Assembly: GCA_900772685.1 (NCBI GenBank)
Contig: CAAGRP010000090.1
Coordinates: 1-40,647, forward strand
DNA length: 40,647 nucleotides
Reading direction: 5' to 3'
DNA from: Lachnospiraceae bacterium
Lineage (GTDB): Bacteria; Bacillota; Clostridia; Lachnospirales; Lachnospiraceae
A program made the translations under genes and the position numbers. Every line of letters starts with the position of its first letter. Positions within the stretch are counted from its first letter, which is position 1. This document shows, one piece after another, positions 1-7,801 of the stretch. A model generated the notes under the pieces. It made no database searches, had not been told where the DNA came from, and saw nothing but the letters and a program-made list of their open reading frames with translations.

Positions 1-603
1 ATCCCCGTTCTCCTCTGACTCTTTAGCTATCTTTTCCGAAAGTTTCCCCGTGGTTATAAAATCCGAAAGCCCGGCTCCTTTCGGATGAACCATACATACA
101 CAATACTTCCAGTTCCTTGAATATCCCTTGCCTTCGATCTTGTATTCATAAAGCTCCCGTCTGTCAGGATATTTTATTGCGTTTTCAAATATAGTCTCAA
201 GCTCCGGATCAGAAGATCGGTCATCTGATGATATCTTGTAAACAGCCTGCAGAAGCTCTTCTATATGGATGTGCCATGGCACTGTAAAAAGAGGAAAAGC
301 ATTTTTGTCGCAGAATCCCAACAGCTCATTTGAGATTTCTTTTATATAAGGGCCGATATTTACAACAAGTGCCGATGAGCCTGCCTTAAAGCTGTCTTTT
401 GCGATCTCCGATAATTCGCTGGTATCATCCAGTGCAACTCCGGTCGTAAATACTATTTCCCGTCCGTCCAGAAATTCCGAGAATGATGGTTTTTCTATTA
501 TATGCGAGCATGAAACAGGATTTATAAGGCCCTTTTTTCCTGCCACTGCCTTTACTTCTTTATCTTTTACTATTTCAAACCAATCCGAAACACGAGCCGG
601 CAT
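1..603 (-). CDS. PucR-family transcriptional regulator, N-terminal part (gene start in window, continues past left edge)
   Basis: Absent from the ORF track because it runs off the window. My translation of the minus strand from ATG 603-601 is open for all 201 codons (MPARVSDWFEIVKDKEVKAVAGKKGLINPVSCSHIIEKPSFSEFLDGREIVFTTGVALDD...AFPLFTVPWHIHIEELLQAVY...). GGAGGTGG RBS at 608-615 (minus). The VAG..GL / L.G.E.VFTTG / PLF.VP pattern fits the PucR N-terminal (purine catabolism regulator-like) domain. Confidence 0.6.
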   Translation of the reverse strand, partial: MPARVSDWFEIVKDKEVKAVAGKKGLINPVSCSHIIEKPSFSEFLDGREIVFTTGVALDDTSELSEIAKDSFKAGSSALVVNIGPYIKEISNELLGFCDKNAFPLFTVPWHIHIEELLQAVYKISSDDRSSDPELETIFENAIKYPDRRELYEYKIEGKGYSRNWKYCVCMVHPKGAGLSDFITTGKLSEKIAKESEENGD

Positions 604-641
604 AATACCACCTCCGACAAGCAGCTCATTTCATGTAATTA

Positions 642-804
642 AAGTCGAACGCTCGCAAGACTTGATGTGTGATTTCAGTGCAGCGTCAGCCGGCATATTC
701 TTCTTAAAACCGCTGTGCATACTCGCGGAACGTTTATCTCAGTCGGAGATCTGGCTCTCACTGAGATAAGCCAAAAAAAGTTCACCACTTATAGCAGAGG
801 GATC
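642..804 (+). repeat. Copy A of an unclassified conserved intergenic element (candidate structured RNA or protein-bound DNA element)
   Basis: Colinear identical blocks shared with 35596-35747: AAGTCGAAC, GCATACTCG, TTATCTCAGTCG, ACTGAGATAA, CACCACTTATAG. Perfect 10-bp stem TTATCTCAGT/ACTGAGATAA at 734-769. No ORF. Functional strand unknown; + only denotes the shared orientation. Confidence 0.65.
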
Positions 805-815
805 ATTCCGGACTG

Positions 816-860
816 AAAAAATAGAGCAAGGGCTGTAAAAGCTCCCTTGCTCTATTTGAG
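816..860 (-). terminator. Rho-independent terminator of the two-component operon
   Basis: Stem ATAGAGCAAGGG (821-832) / CCCTTGCTCTAT (844-855). The A-run at 816-821 on plus is a T-run after the hairpin on minus, about 100 nt downstream of the kinase stop. Confidence 0.6.
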
Positions 861-893
861 AAATAATAGCAGAAATATGTGATTTGTCAAGCC

Positions 894-942
894 ATGGCAA
901 AGCTGTCTTAACATTGTCTATGGCAAAATCTTAACATTGTCT
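894..942. repeat. Tandem direct repeat, 26 nt + 23 nt
   Basis: ATGGCAAAGCTGTCTTAACATTGTCT (894-919) is immediately followed by ATGGCAAAATCTTAACATTGTCT (920-942). They are identical except GCTG versus A. The ATGGCA word recurs at 955-960 and 965-970. Confidence 0.6.
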
Positions 943-961
943 CAATAGTCTTTTATGGCAC

Positions 962-2092
962 TCATGGCATGATTACCTCAAATGTCGTTCCGCAAGGATC
1001 ACTTTTGCTTACCGATATCGTTCCTTCATGCAGCCTTACGATCTCATACACAAGGGCAAGTCCAAGTCCTACTCCTCCAAGCTCCCTGCTCCTTGACTTA
1101 TCCACTCTGAAAAAAGGTTCAAATATCCTTTCCCTGTCATTTTCAGATATCCCTTTTCCGGTATCCTCCACCTCTATTACGACATGTTCGCTTCTTTTGT
1201 TTATCAGAACTCTGACTCTTCCGTTCTGTACATTATATTTAATGGCATTTTCAACGAGATTATATACCATACGATAAAGCAGGATATCACTTCCCATCAT
1301 ATGTGTCTCTTCTCCAATCACCGCAAGCTCAATATTTTTCTCCTGTGCAAGCGGCTCAAGATCTGTAATGACCTCCTCGGCAAGAGAATACAGCTCCACA
1401 TCATTGCTGCGTTCTACGGTCTGCAGCTCGCTCATATCAAGCAGCGTTCCGACAAGCTTGGTAAGCCGTTCATTCTGTTCCGTTATCATCCTTATGGTCT
1501 CTGCAGTCTCAGCATCGTTCCCCGGATGCTCCGAGGCATTATACATATCCAGCTGTGACTGTATCAGTGCAAGCGGCGTCCGAAGCTCATGCGCGGCATT
1601 TCCCGTAAACTGCCTTTGTATCTCAAATGACTCCGAAAGCCTTCCCAGCATCTTGTTGTAGGCCTTTCCGAGCCTTTCGAATTCAGCAACTCCCTTTTCA
1701 TCTATATAGCTGTCTGTCAGATTTTGGAGCTGTACTTTTTCAACGCTGTCCGAAAATTCCCGAAGAGGTTTCAACGCACGCCCGCTTACAAAATACGTAA
1801 CCATGCCGCCCAATACCGTAACGATAGCCGTTATTATAAGATTCTTCTTGCGATAATTCTCCTTCGTATCAAATACCTTTACCGAAAAATCATCACAAAA
1901 ATTCTCCCATTCATCTTCCGGGATATTTATATAAATATCCTCTGTGTTTCCCTGATCTGTGACTGCCTTGTTGAGCGAATCCATATAATAAATGCCGTTT
2001 TTATATAAAAGAAATTCCAGGCTCAGGCATATAACTACAATCAGGATCGCCGTGAGTATGGTAAGCCGCCATTGAAGCGAGAGCTTTTTCAT
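962..2092 (-). CDS. Sensor histidine kinase (TM-HAMP-HisKA-HATPase_c)
   Basis: 376 aa ORF. H-box AAHELRTPLALI; N/G boxes (NAIKYN, DTGKGI, GGVGLGLALV); N-terminal TM segment. Its start overlaps the regulator stop by 4 nt. Confidence 0.9.
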   Translation of the reverse strand: MKKLSLQWRLTILTAILIVVICLSLEFLLYKNGIYYMDSLNKAVTDQGNTEDIYINIPEDEWENFCDDFSVKVFDTKENYRKKNLIITAIVTVLGGMVTYFVSGRALKPLREFSDSVEKVQLQNLTDSYIDEKGVAEFERLGKAYNKMLGRLSESFEIQRQFTGNAAHELRTPLALIQSQLDMYNASEHPGNDAETAETIRMITEQNERLTKLVGTLLDMSELQTVERSNDVELYSLAEEVITDLEPLAQEKNIELAVIGEETHMMGSDILLYRMVYNLVENAIKYNVQNGRVRVLINKRSEHVVIEVEDTGKGISENDRERIFEPFFRVDKSRSRELGGVGLGLALVYEIVRLHEGTISVSKSDPCGTTFEVIMP

Positions 2093-2766
2093 TTGCCGTC
2101 TCCTCCTATCTTATAGCCCTCTCCTATCTTGTTCGTGATAGGATCATGTCCAAGTACACTGCGCAGCTTTTTTCTAAGCGAGGACATATGCACTCTTACC
2201 GATCCGTTAAAGGAGTCAACAGTCGCATCCCATACATGCTCTATAAGCTCCTCCTGACTTACCGGTCTTCCTTCATTTAATAAAAGGTACTCCAGAATAC
2301 CGCTCTCTTTTCTCGTAAGTGCAACCTTTTCCCCGTTTGCCAGAGTTGTCCTCTCCTTTGTATCAAAGCACACCCCGTCACACTCAAGGATGACATCCTT
2401 TTGGATAAACCTGCGCCTTGTAAGGCTTCTCACTCTTGCCTCAAGCTCCTTAAGATGAAACGGTTTTTCCATGTAGTCGTTTGCCCCTGCATCAAGCCCC
2501 TCAACCTTATCAGCTATCTGACCTCTTGCTGATAATATAAGGACCTTGGTCTCTTCGTTTTCTTTTCTGAGCTCCCTTAGGATCTCCATCCCGTCTGTTC
2601 CCGGGAGATTAAGATCGAGTATTATAAGATCATACTCTTCCGAAAATATCATCTCTAGGGCATCATCCCCGTTGTAGCAAATATCTGTCTCATATCCTGC
2701 ATTATGCAGGCTTTTCGCTATCATATCACAGAGTCTTTTTTCATCTTCTACTATCAGTAATCGCAT
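2089..2766 (-). CDS. OmpR/PhoB-family response regulator
   Basis: 225 aa. Receiver domain (MRLLIVEDE...DLIILDLNLPG...KP) plus a winged-helix C-terminus (LTRKESGILEYLL...GYKI). Confidence 0.92.
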   Translation of the reverse strand: MRLLIVEDEKRLCDMIAKSLHNAGYETDICYNGDDALEMIFSEEYDLIILDLNLPGTDGMEILRELRKENEETKVLILSARGQIADKVEGLDAGANDYMEKPFHLKELEARVRSLTRRRFIQKDVILECDGVCFDTKERTTLANGEKVALTRKESGILEYLLLNEGRPVSQEELIEHVWDATVDSFNGSVRVHMSSLRKKLRSVLGHDPITNKIGEGYKIGGDGK

Positions 2767-2937
2767 ACGGCTCCTTTTTATTTCATTCAGAATTCTTAAC
2801 AGAGATTTTACAATGACAATTGTATAATGACAACGTCAGAGGGTCAATAAAACAAATCCGTCATAGTTTTCATGTGATATTCAAACTGGTATACAATGCA
2901 TCCGGACTGACAAAATACTACAAAAAGGAGCGTTATT

Positions 2938-3084
2938 TTGAAAAGCAGGACAAAAACGGTACTTCAGATAATCCTCATAGCCGCCGGCATAGCCATGGTC
3001 GTTTACGGTGCAATGCGCGGGGAAACGGAAACTGTTTTAAGCAAGGCAATAAAATTATGTTTGGAGTGTGTAGGAATTGGATAA
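2938..3084 (+). CDS. CD1871A-family small membrane CXXC peptide (48 aa), not in the ORF track
   Basis: TTG start 8 nt after AAAAAGGAG (2921-2929). Translation: LKSRTKTVLQIILIAAGIAMVVYGAMRGETETVLSKAIKLCLECVGIG*. One TM helix plus a C-terminal CLEC..GIG tail, as in the CD1871A family, which typically precedes NapH-like 4Fe-4S proteins. Overlaps the next gene by 8 nt. Confidence 0.7.
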   Translation: MKSRTKTVLQIILIAAGIAMVVYGAMRGETETVLSKAIKLCLECVGIG

Positions 3085-3994
3085 AAGGACTAATATAATA
3101 TCAAACTTTTTTGCCCGCTTTCGCGGATTGATACAGGCGGCAGCTACGCTGCTCACGAACATACACCTTCCCAATCTGTTTAACGGAACTATATACCGGG
3201 GAAGCGGAAAAAATGCATGCGTTCCCGGACTCAACTGTTATTCATGTCCGGCCGCATCAGGTGCCTGTCCTATCGGAGCATTTCAGGCAGTCCTCGGTTC
3301 ATCAAAATTCAAATTCTCTTATTATATAGTAGGATTCTTTATTCTGATGGGAGTGCTGCTCGGAAGGTTCATATGCGGATTCCTTTGTCCCTTCGGATGG
3401 TTTCAGGATCTTATCCATAAGATTCCGTTTTTCAAAAAGCTTTCAACAAAAAAGCTGAAGCCGCTTAGGTACCTTAAATACATTATACTTGTCGTATTTG
3501 TTATAATCCTTCCTCTTACGGCAATAAATTCCTTAGGCATGGGAGATCCGTTTTTCTGCAAATTCGTATGTCCGCAGGGTGTTCTTGAGGGAGCGATACC
3601 TCTTTCTCTTGTAAATGACGGAATACGATCGGCTCTCGGAAGTCTCTTTACATTCAAAAGCATCATACTAATAAGCTTTATAGTCTTAAGCCTTTTGTTT
3701 TACAGACCGTTCTGCAAATGGATATGTCCTCTCGGAGCCATATATTCACTCTTCAACAAAGTATCTTTAATGAAGATGAATGTTGATGAGGATAAGTGCA
3801 TCGGCTGCAAAAAGTGCGTAAAGGCCTGCAAAATGGATGTCGACGTAACCAAAGCACCTAACCATCTCGAATGCATACGCTGCGGTGCATGTATAAAGGT
3901 CTGCCCTGCAGATGCCATATGCTACAAATACGGATTCGGAAACTCATGCAAAAAGCAGGCTAAATCAGCCAAAACTCAGAAGTCTAACCGATAA
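3077..3994 (+). CDS. NapH/MauN-like membrane polyferredoxin (4Fe-4S binding protein)
   Basis: 305 aa. Repeated membrane C..CP motifs (CYSCPAASGACP, CGFLCPFGW, CKFVCPQG, CKWICPLG) and a C-terminal 2x[4Fe-4S] ferredoxin motif (CIGCKKCVKAC...CIRCGACIKVCP). TTG start. Confidence 0.85.
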   Translation: MDKRTNIISNFFARFRGLIQAAATLLTNIHLPNLFNGTIYRGSGKNACVPGLNCYSCPAASGACPIGAFQAVLGSSKFKFSYYIVGFFILMGVLLGRFICGFLCPFGWFQDLIHKIPFFKKLSTKKLKPLRYLKYIILVVFVIILPLTAINSLGMGDPFFCKFVCPQGVLEGAIPLSLVNDGIRSALGSLFTFKSIILISFIVLSLLFYRPFCKWICPLGAIYSLFNKVSLMKMNVDEDKCIGCKKCVKACKMDVDVTKAPNHLECIRCGACIKVCPADAICYKYGFGNSCKKQAKSAKTQKSNR

Positions 3995-4213
3995 AACGAA
4001 TATGGCCTATGCTCACCCATTTCACCGATTATAGAAGGACTTCACCCGAATCGAGATAAATCAATTATCCGGTAAACCATGAACTCAAGAAACCACTAAT
4101 ACAAGTAACCAATCGAATCACAATCAAGCAAATTTATCAATCAATTATTTCAATAAACCAATTGATTTGACAAATAAATATAAATAACAATAACATTTAT
4201 AAGGAGAAACATT

Positions 4214-5164
4214 ATGAAATCAAAACACTTAGTCACAGGAATTCTCGCATTTTCCATGATACTTGCACTTGCAGGCTGTTCGGCAGACAAAGGCTCATAC
4301 GCACAAAGCAGCTCTTCTGCACAAAGCAGCTCATCCGTCAAAAGCGGTTCAACCATGGAGGAAAGAGACAGCGCTATAATCAACGGTTCCGATGACACGT
4401 CTTCAGCGGCATCAAAAATCGATGATCTTTATGCAAAAGAGAACCAGATCTTCAGCGATCATCAGGATGTATGGAATAAAGTCTTCGGTCTTATGAGCAA
4501 GGATACTGCAGAAAGCAATCAGGAAATGGAATATGCAGACTTCCTCGAAAACACCATAAACTCAAACAAGGATTCCTTCACGGAAGACGAGCTTAAGACT
4601 CTTGAAGAAGATATAAAAGCTATACGCGAAATAGAAAAACAGATTGCAGACCTCGGTGACCCGTCAGTAGGCACTAATTCAGCTGCTCCATCCTCAGAAG
4701 CAACAGGTACGTTCAGCAACATCAAAGGAAAAGATCTTGACGGAAACGACGTTGACAGCAGCATCTTTTCAAAAAGCGCTGTAACAGTTGTCAACTTCTG
4801 GTTCAACGGCTGCAAGCCATGTATCGCAGAGCTTCCTGACCTTGATAAGCTCAACAAAGAACTCGAGTCAATGGGCGGACAGGTAATCGGAATCAACTCC
4901 GAAACTCTTAACGGAGATCAGGCCGGTATCGAGGAAGCAAAGAAAATCTTAAAAGAGCAGGGCGTTTCATACAAAAACATCTATTTCGATGACACCACAG
5001 ATGCCGGAGCATATACCCGCAACATACTCGCATTCCCGACCACGGTCCTTGTAGACAGAAACGGAAACATCGTAGGTGAGCCACTCCTCGGCGGTATCGA
5101 CAAACAGGAAAACTACGACAGCCTCATGGCACAGATCAAGCAGGTAATCGAAGCCGACAAGTAA
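4214..5164 (+). CDS. Exported TlpA/redoxin-family thiol-disulfide oxidoreductase lipoprotein
   Basis: 316 aa. Lipobox LALAGC; long Ser-rich/acidic linker; thioredoxin fold with WFNGCKPC active site. RBS AAGGAG at 4201-4206. Confidence 0.85.
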   Translation: MKSKHLVTGILAFSMILALAGCSADKGSYAQSSSSAQSSSSVKSGSTMEERDSAIINGSDDTSSAASKIDDLYAKENQIFSDHQDVWNKVFGLMSKDTAESNQEMEYADFLENTINSNKDSFTEDELKTLEEDIKAIREIEKQIADLGDPSVGTNSAAPSSEATGTFSNIKGKDLDGNDVDSSIFSKSAVTVVNFWFNGCKPCIAELPDLDKLNKELESMGGQVIGINSETLNGDQAGIEEAKKILKEQGVSYKNIYFDDTTDAGAYTRNILAFPTTVLVDRNGNIVGEPLLGGIDKQENYDSLMAQIKQVIEADK

Positions 5165-5172
5165 AAAAAGCC

Positions 5173-5455
5173 AAATTTAAAAGAAAAAAGAAGCTTCATT
5201 CCGGAAGGGACATCTGCAATGCCGGTGCTTATAAAAACATATATAATGCTCCGGCCCCGGGTGCGGCGGTTTAATTTAAAAGAAAATAATATAGTAGTGT
5301 AGTACAAAAATAAAAGTATATTTGTCATGGGACATCCGCAACGCCGGTACTTAGCGAAGGCAAAGCCTGAGCTTAGTACCGCTGCGTGAGGACTAAGTGA
5401 AAACGGTCCCATGAAAATATACTTTTATTATTTTAATACTATTTTCTTTTAAATT
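5173..5455. repeat. Composite inverted/direct repeat structure between convergent genes
   Basis: AT-rich arms 5273-5333 and 5406-5455 are imperfect inverted repeats (AATTTAAAAGAAAATA...AAAGTATATTT.TCATGGGAC). They enclose a GC-rich core that can itself hairpin (CGGTACTTAGC...GCTTAGTACCG). GGGACATCYGCAAYGCCGGTRCTTA occurs twice in direct orientation (5207-5231, 5329-5353). The AAATTTAAAAGAAAA word is also at 5173-5187. Confidence 0.6.
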
Positions 5456-5458
5456 CGG

Positions 5459-7282
5459 TTATTTTTTCTTATTCACCAAATGCCTTATTATAAACAGCGT
5501 CAACAGCATCAACGCAACCGCGATCGGCAATGTGATAACCCAGCTGCACACGATACCCGCAATCACGTAGCTGACAGCCGATACCGCTGCAACGGTAAGT
5601 GCATACGGAAGCTGTGTAGAAACATGATTGATATGGTCACACTGTGCTCCGGCCGATGCCATAATGGTCGTATCCGATATAGGTGAGCAGTGGTCTCCGC
5701 ACACAGCACCTGCCATACAAGCAGAAACCGCAACGATCATAATAGGATCTCCTGCATGGAATACGCTGAGGACTATAGGTATAAGGATACCGAATGTTCC
5801 CCATGATGTTCCGGTTGCGAATGAAAGTCCTACAGCAATAAGGAAGATGATAGCCGGAAGGAGCATCTGGAATCCTGCCGCACTTCCTTCAACGAGCTGA
5901 GAAATAAATATCTTTGCTCCGAGTGAATCGGTCATGGATTTAAGAGTCCATGCACAGGCAAGTATAAGTATTGCCGGTACCATTGCCTTAAATCCCTCAG
6001 GGATAGATCCCATGAGATCCTTAAACGGAATTACTCTTCTTATTATATAGTAAACTATCGCGATAATGACAGCCACAAACGATCCGAGTGCAAGACCTAC
6101 GGATGCATCACTGTTTGAGAATGCGGTTACAAAATCATTTCCTTCAAAGAATCCGCCCGAATAGATCATTCCTATTATACAGCATACTATAAGGATGGCG
6201 ATCGGGAATACAAGGTCGGAAACCTTTCCCTTAGGATTGACATCCATCTCTTCGACAGCCTGTCTTGTTCCTGTTGTAAACAGATCATTCTTTTCAACTG
6301 CGTTCTTTTCGTGTTCAGCCATAGGGCCGTAATCCACGTTTGTAAATGCAAGGAAAAGCATCATAACGATAGTAAGCAATGCATAGAAGTTATACGGTAT
6401 TGCCTCTATAAAGAGCGCGATTCCGTTTTCCGCACCGGCTGCATTTGCAAATCCCGCTACGGCTGCTGCCCACGATGATATAGGAGCGATTATACATACC
6501 GGAGCTGCTGTTGCATCAATGATATATGCCAGCTTGGCTCTTGAAATATTATGCTTATCCGTTACAGGTCTCATAACAGAACCAACGGTAAGGCAGTTAA
6601 AATAGTCATCTATGAAAATGAGTATACCGAGTGCTATAGTCGCACACTGAGCTCCTACCCTTGTCTTGATCTTTGATGTTGCCCATCTTCCGAATGCGGC
6701 AGATCCGCCGGCCTTGTTCATCATTGCAACAAGAGCTCCCAATAGTACAAGGAAGAAGATGATACCCATGTTGTAGGAATCCGCAAGGTTTGCGATAAAT
6801 CCGTCACTTACTACATGTGTAAGTGTACGCTCAAAATTACCGCCGGCATAGATCACAGCTCCTACGATAATTCCTATAACAAGAGATGAATAAACTTCTT
6901 TTGTAATAAGGGCAAGTATGATAGCTACAACAGGTGCCAGAAGCGCAAGCCATGTTGCATATGTCGGAATATCTTCCCTCACCTTATTGATAGCTGTGCC
7001 TACATGTTCTTTAAAATTCTCGTCTGCGCTGAGGTTGTCAGCGTAGCTGTCCACATAGCTGTGTGCAGATTCTCCGTCGGAAAGATCATAGTCAACGACC
7101 TCATCGTCGCCGTAATCCACGGAAAATACATTTGGATCCGCCTCCTGTGCGGCAACTGCCTTGCTGTCGGCTGTTTCCTCTGCCGAAACAGGCTTCATCA
7201 TTGCGGTGAAAAGCCCTATCGCAAATGTGATGATACACATTATCACGACAGCCCTGAATCCGCGTCTGCTGATACGTTTCAT
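5459..7282 (-). CDS. NhaC-family Na+/H+ antiporter with N-terminal extension
   Basis: Polytopic membrane ORF. I prefer ATG 7282 (MKRISRRG...), preceded by GAGGGG, over the track start at 7297. About 100 aa of signal/acidic extension precede the transporter core. Confidence 0.85.
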   Translation of the reverse strand: MKRISRRGFRAVVIMCIITFAIGLFTAMMKPVSAEETADSKAVAAQEADPNVFSVDYGDDEVVDYDLSDGESAHSYVDSYADNLSADENFKEHVGTAINKVREDIPTYATWLALLAPVVAIILALITKEVYSSLVIGIIVGAVIYAGGNFERTLTHVVSDGFIANLADSYNMGIIFFLVLLGALVAMMNKAGGSAAFGRWATSKIKTRVGAQCATIALGILIFIDDYFNCLTVGSVMRPVTDKHNISRAKLAYIIDATAAPVCIIAPISSWAAAVAGFANAAGAENGIALFIEAIPYNFYALLTIVMMLFLAFTNVDYGPMAEHEKNAVEKNDLFTTGTRQAVEEMDVNPKGKVSDLVFPIAILIVCCIIGMIYSGGFFEGNDFVTAFSNSDASVGLALGSFVAVIIAIVYYIIRRVIPFKDLMGSIPEGFKAMVPAILILACAWTLKSMTDSLGAKIFISQLVEGSAAGFQMLLPAIIFLIAVGLSFATGTSWGTFGILIPIVLSVFHAGDPIMIVAVSACMAGAVCGDHCSPISDTTIMASAGAQCDHINHVSTQLPYALTVAAVSAVSYVIAGIVCSWVITLPIAVALMLLTLFIIRHLVNKKK

Positions 7283-7374
7283 TTTATCCCCTCTCATATC
7301 TGGTATTTTAATTATATGATGTTGGAGGCAAAAACCTCCAAACCATTATACTTGACAAATCCGATACTAATGAA

Positions 7375-7788
7375 TCATATCTCATCTACCGTTTTAAGTC
7401 CGCTCTTCTTTATCGTATCGTTAAAGAGGTCGGCATCCGGTACCTTAAATATCATATATGCCGTATTTCCGTCTTTTCCAAGCATGGAATACATATATTC
7501 TATATCTATCTTCATTCCGGATATCGTGCTGAGCACAAGATTAAGTCCTCCCGGCACATCCGGCACCTGTACCGCAGCTACCTTTGTGACCGAAACCACA
7601 TATCCCTCATCAACAAGTACATTGAGAGCCTTATGATAATCGCTTACCACAAGTCTTATGACCCCGTACTCCGTTGACTCGGCTATATTAATGGCCCTTA
7701 TGTTTATTTCGTTTGCAGAAAGTGCTTTTGTTATTCCCGAAAGCTGTCCTGCCTTATTTTCAAGAAAGACTGAAATCTGATTTATCAT
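7375..7788 (-). CDS. ACT domain protein
   Basis: 137 aa. Two ACT-like halves (ISVFLENKAGQL...). Typical partner downstream of paaK-type ligases in iorAB clusters. Confidence 0.8.
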   Translation of the reverse strand: MINQISVFLENKAGQLSGITKALSANEINIRAINIAESTEYGVIRLVVSDYHKALNVLVDEGYVVSVTKVAAVQVPDVPGGLNLVLSTISGMKIDIEYMYSMLGKDGNTAYMIFKVPDADLFNDTIKKSGLKTVDEI

Positions 7789-7801
7789 ACCGATCCTCCT
7801 T

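Noticed and set aside
642-804. Diversity-generating retroelement TR/VR pair
   Set aside because: Neither copy lies in a coding region. The differences are not restricted to adenine positions and include indels. No reverse transcriptase is present in the window.
734-804. TPP riboswitch or hammerhead ribozyme, suggested by the CTGAGA word and GTC/GAA motifs
   Set aside because: The rest of the THI-box (ACCTGATCTGGATAATGCCAGCG-like) is absent, and AGGGA is present only in copy A. The hammerhead core CUGANGA...GAAA is not satisfied (CUGAGAU).
2820-3098. 92 aa plus-strand ORF in the track
   Set aside because: No RBS and an implausible composition. The same DNA encodes, in another frame, the CXXC peptide with a strong RBS and coupling to the next gene.
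4022-4037. Third partial copy of the conserved element (TCACCGATTATAGAAG)
   Set aside because: It is only a 14/16 match to one block. The neighbouring blocks are absent or out of order, so it is too short to call.
4167-4196. TTGACA promoter in front of the TlpA-like gene
   Set aside because: The best -10 (TAACAT, 18-nt spacer) would put the transcription start inside or after the AAGGAG RBS, so it cannot serve this gene as positioned.
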